64,000 nucleotides of DNA from a virus (lineage: Duplodnaviria; Heunggongvirae; Uroviricota; Caudoviricetes), in the IMG/VR virus record IMGVR_UViG_3300000976_000008, positions 239,223 to 303,222 of that record. One strand, given 5' to 3'. Shown one piece after another: positions 9,352 to 19,103 of this stretch; the first letter of the stretch is position 1; each line of letters starts with the position of its first letter. A program made the position numbers and the translations under genes. Below the pieces are notes generated by a model. That model searched no databases and had not been told where the DNA came from. It saw only the letters and a program-made list of their open reading frames with translations.

Positions 9352-9779
9352 GGTTTTTGACCGTTATAGAACATTGAGACAGCATATTGAATCTGCTCAA
9401 ATAGTTCTGGGTTGACATAATCAACTTCGTACGTCCAACCACTAGCAGAAATGGTAACTTTCTCTTTACCAAATGAAACAGTAGCGGTAGCGGATTTCCT
9501 ACCACGATAAGATTGATCGTCTCGGAAGTTAGAATCCTTATTGATGGCCAAATAATCCCCGTTGCGTCTGATACTCATCGTATTCAGCATCATTTGTGAC
9601 AGGTTTTCATTGAGCCAACCGACTATCGCATCGACGAAGCCAGGAGGGGCTGTGCCAGTAAGAAAAGATCCATAGTCAAAATCTGCATATGACTTCCTAG
9701 CGAATGGTCTAACACTTCTTCCAGATCTCTGGTGCATTCTAGTGTAGTCGAGACGTCTCTTTCCGTGATATTGTGTCAT
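9348..9779 (-). CDS. Hypothetical, family A
   Basis: VDYVNPELFEQI. Confidence 0.8.
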   Translation of the reverse strand: MTQYHGKRRLDYTRMHQRSGRSVRPFARKSYADFDYGSFLTGTAPPGFVDAIVGWLNENLSQMMLNTMSIRRNGDYLAINKDSNFRDDQSYRGRKSATATVSFGKEKVTISASGWTYEVDYVNPELFEQIQYAVSMFYNGQKP

Positions 9780-11893
9780 GCTTCCACCAGTGCGGGGAGT
9801 TCCGCTTGTCCGTCCAAAACCTTCTTTAAAAAGTCCAAAGAAATGATCTGGGTGAAGCCGTTCGCGTCAGCATTTTTGGCTTTCGTAGTCATCTGCAGCG
9901 GATCTTTTTGAATTAGAAAGTGTACTGATTTCTTCGACTTCGGAACACTGCTGGCGAAAACTCCACCACGTTCTTCAACATCCGCCATGAACGCTCTTGT
10001 GCCAGTGATGCAGAAAATAAGCCCACTAAAGGGCTTGTCAGCGTCGTCGCCATCCTCAGAAACTATGGGATATGAGATTGTCACTCCGTTACTCATCAGT
10101 TTGTTGATGAGTAGTGACATTTCCTTCATCCCATTGATCACAGCTTCGCGAATTGCATCCCCGAAGCCTTCCATCTTGATTTCTCCCAGTTTCTTGAAAT
10201 CCAACCAGTCGGCTAGGGTATCAAGTTCACCATTGGCGTTCTCGCGGAGGATAATGACCCTTCGGCGACCGAGAAGATCGATTCCGAGTGACCCCAAGAA
10301 TACTTCGAGAGGGAGATGTTTCTTGCCTTGGATATTAGCCACGATTTTGTTGGCTCGTGACTCACCAATTCTCCCGCCGCCTTCGAGTTCCAAGTCTTTG
10401 AGATCATCTGGTTTCAACGTGTAGAGATCAGCAGCATCGCCAATTACTTCGTTGTCCCACATTGCTTTCAGAATGCCATCACCGATGTTGAGGATGCCAA
10501 CGCCTTTCTTTGACGATCCGATCCACTTGTCGATTTTTCCGAGCTTACAATCTGGGCAATTTTGAGGGTCAGTACAGTAGACTACAGCACCTTCTTTGCC
10601 TCTGTAGATCCGCGTTGTAGGTTTACTACAGCTTGGACACGTTTTCGGTTCTTCAATCGGCGTTCTGTTGGTTCCCTTGTTGACGACTCGGATGATCTTG
10701 GGAATGATATCGCCAGCCAAAATCACTTCGACTTCATCTCCAAGTTGCACACCGAGACGCCCAATTTCATCCCAATTGTTCAGAAGACAATTGGAGACAT
10801 TCACCCCACCAATTCGAACTTCTTGCAACCTAGCTGTTGGGATAATTCCTCCCGTGTGGCCAACTGAAATCGCAACACTTTCAAGGATTGTTGTATTAGA
10901 CTTGTGAGGAAATTTGATCGCCCTGGCGTACTTTGGTCGCAGTTTCGTTTTGACGTCATCAGTGATAAACTCTGATTGCAGTTCGAGATCATCGAGGACC
11001 ACTACTAGTCCATCAATCTCAAAGGGTAGATCATCACGACCCGCAACAGTGCTGTCGTAGAATGATTTCAATTGTTCAACTGTGTCGCACATAATATGCG
11101 GAACAGGAAGGAAGCCCATGCTCTTCAGGAACTTCATCTTCTGCTCTTCAGTGTTTGCGAACGTCGGACCGATGACGTCAACATTGAAGGATATGAATGT
11201 CATCTTTTCTGAGTCGACACCATCATCGCGACTAAAAACGCCGTTTCCAACGTTTCGTGGATTGCTTTGACTTTCTTTGGGGATCTTATCAAAGGGCATG
11301 CCAGCATCGCGAGATCGAACGGCCTTGTACTCTTCGATGTACATGACGGCTTCCCCGCGAACATCCATTGTTAATGGTTCGTTCAATTCGAGGGGGAGAT
11401 TTTTGAAGTTAATTCCGTTGACAGTGATATCTTGACCAACGGCACCGTTGCCGCGAGTAGCGACTCGGACCAATTTCCCCTCTTTGTAGGTCGCACAGAT
11501 GCTCCCGCCGTCAACTTTGAGAGAAGCGAAGACACGAGTTGTGGGAGTGGCTACCTGGCTCAACCATGGAGCGTAGCCTGCGATACCGTCATCCGTGTTG
11601 TCGAGAGAACCCATGGGGATTCTATGTTCGACCTTGTTTCGGAGATCTGCGAGATCAAACGGAATTCCTACACGATCTATACGTTCATCGTTTGGAGCGA
11701 GATTCTTCAGTGCTGGACGAAGAAGGTCATATTCAGCATCTGTCAGAATCGGTTCTGAACCAGATCGATAGTAAGCCATGTCGGCTTTGTCGATTAGTTG
11801 GCGAAGTTCATCGATCTTCAGGCGAATTACTGCGTTACCAAATCCATCGTCGTCTTTTCGGAGGGATCGGATTGTTGTGCTGACGTTTGACAT
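9776..11893 (-). CDS. ligA: NAD-dependent DNA ligase
   Basis: YY..DAEYD, KVDG, ATRGNG, VRGEA, NPRN, EIDGLVV, AGDIIPKI, C4 Zn finger, HhH, BRCT (ITGT). Confidence 0.97.
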   Translation of the reverse strand: MSNVSTTIRSLRKDDDGFGNAVIRLKIDELRQLIDKADMAYYRSGSEPILTDAEYDLLRPALKNLAPNDERIDRVGIPFDLADLRNKVEHRIPMGSLDNTDDGIAGYAPWLSQVATPTTRVFASLKVDGGSICATYKEGKLVRVATRGNGAVGQDITVNGINFKNLPLELNEPLTMDVRGEAVMYIEEYKAVRSRDAGMPFDKIPKESQSNPRNVGNGVFSRDDGVDSEKMTFISFNVDVIGPTFANTEEQKMKFLKSMGFLPVPHIMCDTVEQLKSFYDSTVAGRDDLPFEIDGLVVVLDDLELQSEFITDDVKTKLRPKYARAIKFPHKSNTTILESVAISVGHTGGIIPTARLQEVRIGGVNVSNCLLNNWDEIGRLGVQLGDEVEVILAGDIIPKIIRVVNKGTNRTPIEEPKTCPSCSKPTTRIYRGKEGAVVYCTDPQNCPDCKLGKIDKWIGSSKKGVGILNIGDGILKAMWDNEVIGDAADLYTLKPDDLKDLELEGGGRIGESRANKIVANIQGKKHLPLEVFLGSLGIDLLGRRRVIILRENANGELDTLADWLDFKKLGEIKMEGFGDAIREAVINGMKEMSLLINKLMSNGVTISYPIVSEDGDDADKPFSGLIFCITGTRAFMADVEERGGVFASSVPKSKKSVHFLIQKDPLQMTTKAKNADANGFTQIISLDFLKKVLDGQAELPALVEA

Positions 11894-12414
11894 GATTCGA
11901 CCTTTGAGAGTGCGACGATGTACTTTGTTGTGGGAAAACGATCTGCGTATGCTTCGCCAAACGCTGGGTGTCTCAGGCTATTTCCTCTAGCACGCTTGCC
12001 ATCGAGTGTCAAATGATCCGGAGGAAAAGAAGTGATCATTTGGTAGACAGTGTCTCCAATATCCATAAGTTGCACGAGACCATCGTCGGTCTGTTCTGAG
12101 ACACGAAAGCCAGCGATTTCTGCACCGAAAAGTCCTAGATCCTCATCTGTTACAAGGATGATTCGATCCAATGTATCTATGAAGCAATTCTCTTTATGAT
12201 TGTAGAACCAACGTGGAGAAATTCTCTCAGCTACACGACCTCGTTCTTTTTCGAGTTCGGTCCTTCTCGGAATCTTTTCAGTGTTAGGATTCCAAGCGTC
12301 AGTAGCTTCTCTGTACTGCTCAGAGAGTCTAATTGGTCGCTTAGGAACGTCAAATTCGATGCTGTATAGCACACGAACGATTTGTTCCTCTTCCCATTTC
12401 CTGAAGTTGTCCAT
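11827..12414 (-). CDS. Hypothetical protein (possibly leaderless)
   Basis: ATG 6 nt downstream of promoter motif. Confidence 0.75.
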   Translation of the reverse strand: MDNFRKWEEEQIVRVLYSIEFDVPKRPIRLSEQYREATDAWNPNTEKIPRRTELEKERGRVAERISPRWFYNHKENCFIDTLDRIILVTDEDLGLFGAEIAGFRVSEQTDDGLVQLMDIGDTVYQMITSFPPDHLTLDGKRARGNSLRHPAFGEAYADRFPTTKYIVALSKVESCQTSAQQSDPSEKTTMDLVTQ

Positions 12415-12420
12415 AATATA

Positions 12421-12447
12421 CTGTTGCAAATGGGGTTGATCTGTTAA
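12421..12447 (-). promoter_or_regulatory. Class I promoter motif
   Basis: TTAAC-N13-TTGCAACAG. Confidence 0.7.
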
Positions 12448-12800
12448 ATCTGCTTTGCCTTATCTTCAAGCCTCTTCGCTTCTTCGCGAAGTTCTTTAAC
12501 TCTCTTGGTGAGTGCAGCCTTCTTCGTGTCCTTCACAAATTCTTGAACACTGCTCAAGGTTTCGAAAACGCCCTGAGCTTCCCAGTTGGTTGTCGTAAGA
12601 TCCATGTCGGTCATACGATCCTGGACCATTTGCTTTAGTTCGTTACCGTCAATCGGTTCAGTAACAGTTATTCCTAATGCATTGAGCAACTCAGCAGGTT
12701 TGGGAGTCTTCCCCCAATACACTTGTTTATCATCGAGAAATACGAGTGTCCAACCTTGGACTTCGATGACAGTGACATTTTTGCTTTTGCTTTTGGCCAT
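12444..12800 (-). CDS. Hypothetical protein, C-terminal coiled coil
   Basis: 118 aa ORF. Confidence 0.8.
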   Translation of the reverse strand: MAKSKSKNVTVIEVQGWTLVFLDDKQVYWGKTPKPAELLNALGITVTEPIDGNELKQMVQDRMTDMDLTTTNWEAQGVFETLSSVQEFVKDTKKAALTKRVKELREEAKRLEDKAKQI

Positions 12801-12839
12801 GGAAAGTACACTTTCTCAATACATTCGAATAATGAAAGT

Positions 12840-13304
12840 TTAGTTGTTCACAAACAAACTGAAAAGATTATCTGCTGCTTGTTTATCTTCAGGAGATAAA
12901 CAATTCGGGCAGACATATCCATACTTAGTATGATGGTCATGGTCTTGAAAATTTGTGCCACAATCAAAACAAGGTATACCAGGCAACTGGTTCGGTTTGA
13001 AATTAGGTGTAGTCAGGTGTATCTCTTCAGATGTAATCTTCACTTGAAAAGATTGTATGATTGATAATCGATTTCCGACCTGAGTGTAACCCACAGCGTG
13101 AAGTTGTTTAGATGACACATAAGGTGCACCATTATGGCCTTGTGTCAGAATTCTAGGTCCGTACTTCTCAGCGTTGCTCTTTTTCTTGTAGACAGTCGCC
13201 CCCACCAGATCTGTTGAACCTTCATAAGGTGCCCCATTTTTCCGAAAGAATCTCTTTCGACCATCGGAGAAGCCAATTTCAATCACAAATCCAATTTGTT
13301 TCAT
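12840..13304 (-). CDS. Hypothetical Zn-ribbon protein
   Basis: CFDC...CPNC. Confidence 0.75.
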   Translation of the reverse strand: MKQIGFVIEIGFSDGRKRFFRKNGAPYEGSTDLVGATVYKKKSNAEKYGPRILTQGHNGAPYVSSKQLHAVGYTQVGNRLSIIQSFQVKITSEEIHLTTPNFKPNQLPGIPCFDCGTNFQDHDHHTKYGYVCPNCLSPEDKQAADNLFSLFVNN

Positions 13305-13308
13305 TTTG

Positions 13309-13671
13309 TTACTTGCTGCTTAGATGCCAATCGAGATAAGCGTAGATTTTATCTAAGAAGTCAGGGTCGGTATATTCGAAGTCTTTCTCGTTGTCGTAAT
13401 CAACGAGAAAAATCTTCAATGTTGGTATACTCGGAACGGCTACAACACAAGCAAAATCATAAGTAGATCTCTTCAAGATCCTGCAATGTTCTAATTCATC
13501 TATTCCCAACCATCGTCTAACTACATATGAAGGCGGTGATGATTCTACTCTTCTGCACCAACTGAGACGGTAATCAGGGAGATTCTCAACGATTTCGTCG
13601 CAAATCGTCTCAACCAGAAACGTTTGCATTGGTTGTCCACCAATCGATAGCTGCGAGAACCAATCTCTCAT
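13309..13671 (-). CDS. Hypothetical, family A
   Basis: FEYTDPDFLDKI. Confidence 0.8.
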   Translation of the reverse strand: MRDWFSQLSIGGQPMQTFLVETICDEIVENLPDYRLSWCRRVESSPPSYVVRRWLGIDELEHCRILKRSTYDFACVVAVPSIPTLKIFLVDYDNEKDFEYTDPDFLDKIYAYLDWHLSSK

Positions 13672-14476
13672 CGGACTTCGTCATGGTATCGAAGTCATAT
13701 TTGAACCGTCTTTTATTGAAACCGCGATCAATCCTAGTTGCAGACCCACCACTTCGCAAAAGCGGATACCATACTAATGTGCCGTCTTCAATCGGTTTAA
13801 CCAAGATGGCACACGTTGAACTTGATTCTTTGTTTGCGGCTTCCCCTTCAATGAGGAACCAGATATCAGCCTCAGGATTAGAGATATCCTTCTCAGAAGA
13901 ATCGATGCGATTATCTTTACCGATGACACCAATACCGATAACTTTAGCAGTCAAGAAAAAATCCAACCGCCTAAAGACTCCAGCATAATCAAGGTAAGAT
14001 CTCCTGTGAGGATAATCTTCCATTTTTATGATGGAGTCTTTTTCGAAGATGCGTGGTGGTGGCAATTTCTGTATGTGTGAATAATCGCCAAGGGTATTGC
14101 TAACCCACACTTGGACTTGTTCGAACGATTCTGTTGTGCAATACATCAGATCTTCGTTCGCCATCCCTTTTTGCATTTTGCCATCGATTTTGATCTCGAC
14201 GGAACAATTTATGGAAAAGCCTACTTCTTTTACTTCCACAGCAGATACACCGAGATGTTTTAATCTACCGGGTGGGCGATGGGTCCAGTACATCGTAGAA
14301 ACGGAGATTCTGACTCCCCGAGCTTTATCGGAGGCGAACCATCTGGTATCACTACTTGGCGATTTAGCCACTTTGTAGTGTTCCTTTAGAAGATCTAGCA
14401 CTGGTTGTGCCGCTTTTACCTCTGCTGAGATCGCATCAGGGACGTCTGGACTGAACTCATCGACTTTTTCATTCAT
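13610..14476 (-). CDS. Hypothetical, family B (PxxDxWF)
   Basis: NPEADIWFLIE...WYPLLRSG; ATGA overlap with TraR gene. Confidence 0.8.
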   Translation of the reverse strand: MNEKVDEFSPDVPDAISAEVKAAQPVLDLLKEHYKVAKSPSSDTRWFASDKARGVRISVSTMYWTHRPPGRLKHLGVSAVEVKEVGFSINCSVEIKIDGKMQKGMANEDLMYCTTESFEQVQVWVSNTLGDYSHIQKLPPPRIFEKDSIIKMEDYPHRRSYLDYAGVFRRLDFFLTAKVIGIGVIGKDNRIDSSEKDISNPEADIWFLIEGEAANKESSSTCAILVKPIEDGTLVWYPLLRSGGSATRIDRGFNKRRFKYDFDTMTKSDERLVLAAIDWWTTNANVSG

Positions 14477-14649
14477 GATTTCGGAGACCATCCATTAGCA
14501 CCACTCGGCGATGCTTTTGCACACAATTCGTCTGGATCATGGACGACTTTGGGGGGATTACCAACTGAGCAATCGACGCATAGAGTCGTCGATGGGATGG
14601 CATCAAGTCGTTCCGCTGGGATTTCTCCCTTGCATATTCTACAATTCAT
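14473..14649 (-). CDS. TraR/DksA C4-type zinc finger protein (58 aa, below ORF-track cutoff)
   Basis: MNCRICKGEIPAERLDAIPSTTLCVDC; AGGAG RBS; ATGA overlap downstream. Confidence 0.85.
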   Translation of the reverse strand: MNCRICKGEIPAERLDAIPSTTLCVDCSVGNPPKVVHDPDELCAKASPSGANGWSPKS

Positions 14650-14658
14650 GTCTTGCTC

Positions 14659-14949
14659 CTAGCCAACGCTGATGAAACGATCCCAACGTTTGAGTAATCG
14701 CCTGCCCTCTGCAGTAAGGGCGTGTTCTACATATTTGCGTTCTTCCTGGTAGTAACGCCGCTTAAGAAGCTTGCGAGCAACTAGCCGTGAAGTGTAATTG
14801 CGGAGTGAAGGCATCGGATGTTCGATTCCTTCGGATAGCAATTCCTCTTGCAGATCTGCCATCCCACACCAATCGAATCTGTTAACGACAGATAATACGC
14901 ATACAGCGTTGAAATCAGCTTTACGCAGTGGTTTTGATGTTCTAGGGAT
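14659..14949 (-). CDS. PadR/MarR-type winged-helix regulator, probable ATC start
   Basis: Frame open upstream of Met 14862 to AAGGAG-N6-ATC; SLRNYTSRLVARKLL...ALTAEGRRLL. Confidence 0.65.
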   Translation of the reverse strand: MPRTSKPLRKADFNAVCVLSVVNRFDWCGMADLQEELLSEGIEHPMPSLRNYTSRLVARKLLKRRYYQEERKYVEHALTAEGRRLLKRWDRFISVG

Positions 14950-15298
14950 TTCGGTCTCCTTTGTCTTCTCTATCTCTTTGTTGCAAAAGAGGAATCTTCG
15001 TTAATAGTGCCTCGCAGAAAACGCAGAAATTCTTTGACTGCCCTATATAGTCCTCTGGATCTGCACAATTGAGGCAAAGATCGGCATCATTTACGTAACA
15101 ACCAAATTCAATTTCTGTATCTGTCACAAAATGTGCTTTGATTTCATCATCACTCCAACCTTTTTTGATCAAATCAGCAACAACTTGCTGACAAGAGAAG
15201 ATATCGGAAGCAACATTCTCAGATCGTGCCTTCATGTAATCGTCGTCGCCCAACATCTCAACGGCGAATTTAAGACATTTTAATTCTTCAACACTCAT
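14942..15298 (-). CDS. Hypothetical Cys-rich protein
   Basis: CLNC...CVFC. Confidence 0.75.
   Translation of the reverse strand: MSVEELKCLKFAVEMLGDDDYMKARSENVASDIFSCQQVVADLIKKGWSDDEIKAHFVTDTEIEFGCYVNDADLCLNCADPEDYIGQSKNFCVFCEALLTKIPLLQQRDREDKGDRNP
14978..15004 (-). promoter_or_regulatory. Class I promoter motif
   Basis: TTAAC GAAGATTCCTCTT TTGCAACAA upstream of wHTH gene. Confidence 0.75.
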
Positions 15299-15385
15299 CG
15301 ATTAATGTGGATGAAAAAGTAAATGCAAATACCAACCATGATCACGTTGAATATGACCCTAACAATTAGCAGAAATATCCTTTCA

Positions 15386-16033
15386 TTACGTGTCACTTGG
15401 ACTATACTCCATCATTGTAGGAAGTATCGAAATCTGACTAACTAATTTGGGGGCATTCACACCCACAGCATCTAAGAATAGGCTGATTCTAGATTGCCCA
15501 AAGAAATCAACTAATCTGACTTGGTCGCTTATCTGAGTAAAAACTATGCCTCTAAGGTGGAATTCAGCCAAGTCTGTTGGCCACCGCATACCATATCGCA
15601 ATAGTATATCGATGACATCTTTATCGAATTTGTCTTTCCAAGCATGATCGAAATCTAATGCAAGATCTCGTACTGCCATGTCGAAACAATTTGGCTCAAT
15701 ATACGCATATCGCCTACGATCTATCAATCGAATTTTCGCACCTTCTTTAAGGTGTATCTTTTTCCCATCTTGAAATCTAGTGCTAAAAGCGTGAGGAGAT
15801 ATTAAGAATCCTTCTTCTTCAAAGTCCAAGATCCATAATCGACCATCTGGATCTTGCTGTTCTTGTTTATTCTCATAGAAATCATATTTGTGTTTGAGAA
15901 CCCAAATACTATGATTTCTAGTATTGCCCATAGCCATCTTGAATCGACCAGAATCGAACAATCCAGAAATTAGAGGATTATCTTCTAAAACCGAATTCAA
16001 AGCATCAATTGTGGCAACTTGAAATCTGTTCAT
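15386..16033 (-). CDS. Hypothetical, family A-like
   Basis: YAYIEPNCFDMAV. Confidence 0.75.
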   Translation of the reverse strand: MNRFQVATIDALNSVLEDNPLISGLFDSGRFKMAMGNTRNHSIWVLKHKYDFYENKQEQQDPDGRLWILDFEEEGFLISPHAFSTRFQDGKKIHLKEGAKIRLIDRRRYAYIEPNCFDMAVRDLALDFDHAWKDKFDKDVIDILLRYGMRWPTDLAEFHLRGIVFTQISDQVRLVDFFGQSRISLFLDAVGVNAPKLVSQISILPTMMEYSPSDT

Positions 16034-17613
16034 GGAATAATCATCTTTCCCATGAACAAACGTGATGCAGTTAGACGATAACCCCTATCCATGAAAACAT
16101 CGTCAATAGTCGGATTGAATCGAGCATATCCCCGATGCAAGAGACGGTATTGTAAAAGGTCTCTCTCCATCTTCCAAAGCCAAGTGTCGTCATTTCTTCT
16201 TGAATCAGAAAGATAGGGCTTTACGAGCTTCTCTCCCAAATATTCGATCTGATTATAATCACCAAACCAAACCCCATTTAGCAAGATATGGCAATCAAGA
16301 CTGCTTCTCACATAGGATGGTGAATTATCAGTGTCAACAATACGAATTTCATCATCAACCATTTCTGTATGAAACTCTATTACTTGATCGCCAAATTTCT
16401 CGGACATAATCGGGCTTGATTTTACACCTGGTTTCAAGAAAACAGCGATATCAAGATCAGAATCGGGTTTGGAGTATCCTTTGAGTTTTGACCCAAAAGA
16501 GACAGCAACTGGATAAATGAGATTATGAAGATCTGGATCTGTGACAAGTTCTCGGATCTTTTTGTGATCAGATGCTTCAAAATTCTTGGAGAAATCACCG
16601 CTTAGATCTGGGTATCTTAATCCGAAAGACCCAAGAATCCTCTTGCTGATAAGTCCCAAACTGTGTGCGACAAATAATGCTCGCGATGATTCTTCTCTTG
16701 CTTCTGGAATGGAAGCAAGCCGAAACAAAGGAACTGCTGTCTTTTGAAAAGCTTGCAATACTGAGTAATTGGATTGACGACTAGTAAATTCCAAGTATTG
16801 TCGAATGCCTGAAGCATAGACTCTCGCAGCATTAGTAGTAGTATGCTTTGGTGTATAATCACCACGCAGCGGTTCTACAAGTTTGCTACCTAAAGACTCA
16901 ACTATCTTAGCATCGTTGTCTCGTCTCAACCATTTGAGCCTATTTTGAGACCCTGAATGGCGATGCTCTTTGAAAGCTCGCAAATTGAATTCTAACGCCG
17001 CCCACACATCCAAGTTATCATTTGGATATGAGCGGTTCCGTCTTCTTGGGTTTTTAAATGGTGGTGGATTCTTAGTAGTAATGTGTCTCCTACTATCTGC
17101 GACAACTCCATCATGATCTTGATAATAAGCTAATCGACTAGAGAACCCCTTATTCTTTAGAGTTTCCATCATCATTACCACTTGGCAGATCTTCTCAGGC
17201 ACACACTGTTCAGGAATATCACCATCAATAAAATCTGCTCTAAGGTCTCGATGGTCAAGAAGATTGAAATAAGCTTCGATAACAGCTTCACAAAATGCAA
17301 TCGTTTGGTCGCTACTATCGTGGTACTGTGTAGCATCTGGAATAAGATGCATCGGAAGATATAATAGTAGTCTATTATACCGAATAAGGAATGGTGTCAA
17401 TGCCTCATAAAGTTCATCCATAGCCTTCTTGAATTCCTTGTCTGATGAGAATTCAAGAGGATTTATGTGGAAGTTGACTTTATCAAAACGCCTGAGTAAT
17501 TCACGTCTTTCAGCGAATGTTTCATTATTCTCTTGCGTTTTAAGCATATCCCATATGCCGGTGGAGCCTCTAAAAAGAGACTCCACCGGAGATGCAACAC
17601 TGACGAAGGACAT
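16030..17613 (-). CDS. Pol-beta/MNT-superfamily nucleotidyltransferase domain protein
   Basis: FGSKLKGYSKPDSDLDIAVFL (hGS-x-DhD). Confidence 0.8.
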   Translation of the reverse strand: MSFVSVASPVESLFRGSTGIWDMLKTQENNETFAERRELLRRFDKVNFHINPLEFSSDKEFKKAMDELYEALTPFLIRYNRLLLYLPMHLIPDATQYHDSSDQTIAFCEAVIEAYFNLLDHRDLRADFIDGDIPEQCVPEKICQVVMMMETLKNKGFSSRLAYYQDHDGVVADSRRHITTKNPPPFKNPRRRNRSYPNDNLDVWAALEFNLRAFKEHRHSGSQNRLKWLRRDNDAKIVESLGSKLVEPLRGDYTPKHTTTNAARVYASGIRQYLEFTSRQSNYSVLQAFQKTAVPLFRLASIPEAREESSRALFVAHSLGLISKRILGSFGLRYPDLSGDFSKNFEASDHKKIRELVTDPDLHNLIYPVAVSFGSKLKGYSKPDSDLDIAVFLKPGVKSSPIMSEKFGDQVIEFHTEMVDDEIRIVDTDNSPSYVRSSLDCHILLNGVWFGDYNQIEYLGEKLVKPYLSDSRRNDDTWLWKMERDLLQYRLLHRGYARFNPTIDDVFMDRGYRLTASRLFMGKMIIP

Positions 17614-17616
17614 GGA

Positions 17617-19101
17617 CTAGTCGTCCACTTCTTCGTCGTAGTCTTCGCCGATCCCTTTGAGACGACGTCCGTGAAGTCGAGCGTTGACGTCTTTCTCAAT
17701 ATCTCTCAACTTCTTCGTTCCTTTCGTGCGTCTCACTTTCCCACCGGTAGGAAGATCACCCCATGGGATCTGGCGACCGAGTGCGAAGAGTGTTCCGAAG
17801 TACCGAAGCTCTTCTTCACCCCCTGGAATGTCGTTGGTGCTCATGATGGCCATCAGGAACCTGGTGAGATTCAATTCGAGTCTCTTGTAGGTAGCTGGGA
17901 CATCGAGCTTCAACTTCTTCAGAAGGAGGTCACGAGTTGTGACACCACAGAGCGTCGGAATCCGAGGATTCTGCAGTACCTTCTGGATCGTGTTGGCCTC
18001 GAAAGCGAGAGCCGATGCGACCTGGACTCCTGTCCCACGAAACAGCTTATTGAGCTTATCGTTGACAGATTCAGCCGCATCGCGGAGAATCCCGCAATCT
18101 GGTGGCTGCATCATACCAGGAGGCATCATTCCTCCACCACCAGCACCACCGAGAATCATCGCCATCATTCCGGCAGGATTCCCAGCACCAGCCATCCACG
18201 TCTCCTGCCAACCAGTCAATGCATCGTTGAAGGTCTTGATAGCTGGCCAGAGAGTCTCGCGGATTCGTGAGAGTAGTTCATTGCGACGAGCGTTGGTGAT
18301 GAAAGAACCATCGAGTCCATCAATCGCTTCAAACAAGTCACCGTAGGATCGTCGTTTGAGTTGCTTTCGCAACGCGAAGAATTCTTTGGAAGCGAGTTCT
18401 TCCGTGACCTCAATGTGTGCTTCCATCGCCGCGACAATCGTCTCAGGAACGTCGTACAAACCGACGCTATCAGCTAATGCAGCCTTGACCGCAGTGACAA
18501 CGATTGAATGCCCGATCTGAGGGTTCAGAACTCCACCAGTGCGAAGAGAATCCAACCAAGAACTGTCATCCGGAACATTTGGGAGCAAACTCCCAAAGTC
18601 TAACGCCGCTGTTGCATTGGTCGCCGCTGTCGCTGCAGTTGCCGTAACTGCATCTGCACGTTCAGAAGCACCATTGAGATCTTTGACGATACGTCTCGCT
18701 TTGAGAACCGGAATTTCCATCCCGGTCAGATCAGATTCAGTCAGTGAACTGAGATCTGCAACAGTCTCAGCACCGAGAGCCTTAATCTTCTCAATCTTAT
18801 CCGCACCAAGACCAAGCCCTGTGAGCTTTTCTGTGATCTCGCACACCATAGTAGCCGTACCTCCTGACCCTTCTCCTGTAACGACAGCACCGCTCGCACC
18901 GTCTCCTGTAACGACGGCACCACTCGTGCTGCCAACCAAATCGATGATGTCTTCCCCACCACCGCCAGTTCCGAAGAAGTCTGGCAAGCCATCTTCACCA
19001 GTTGGAATCTTCGCTGCTTCGGTGGATGTGGGTTCTTCTGACTCAGGAGCCGACTCTACAACTTCGGGCTTCTCTTCGTCGTCTTTCTTCTCTTCAGCCA
19101 T
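17617..19101 (-). CDS. Hypothetical protein with acidic N-terminus and HhH/SAM-like subdomain
   Basis: LGADKIEKIKALGAETVADLSSLTESDL; SGAVVTG repeat; GAGGT RBS. Confidence 0.8.
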   Translation of the reverse strand: MAEEKKDDEEKPEVVESAPESEEPTSTEAAKIPTGEDGLPDFFGTGGGGEDIIDLVGSTSGAVVTGDGASGAVVTGEGSGGTATMVCEITEKLTGLGLGADKIEKIKALGAETVADLSSLTESDLTGMEIPVLKARRIVKDLNGASERADAVTATAATAATNATAALDFGSLLPNVPDDSSWLDSLRTGGVLNPQIGHSIVVTAVKAALADSVGLYDVPETIVAAMEAHIEVTEELASKEFFALRKQLKRRSYGDLFEAIDGLDGSFITNARRNELLSRIRETLWPAIKTFNDALTGWQETWMAGAGNPAGMMAMILGGAGGGGMMPPGMMQPPDCGILRDAAESVNDKLNKLFRGTGVQVASALAFEANTIQKVLQNPRIPTLCGVTTRDLLLKKLKLDVPATYKRLELNLTRFLMAIMSTNDIPGGEEELRYFGTLFALGRQIPWGDLPTGGKVRRTKGTKKLRDIEKDVNARLHGRRLKGIGEDYDEEVDD

Positions 19102-19103
19102 GG

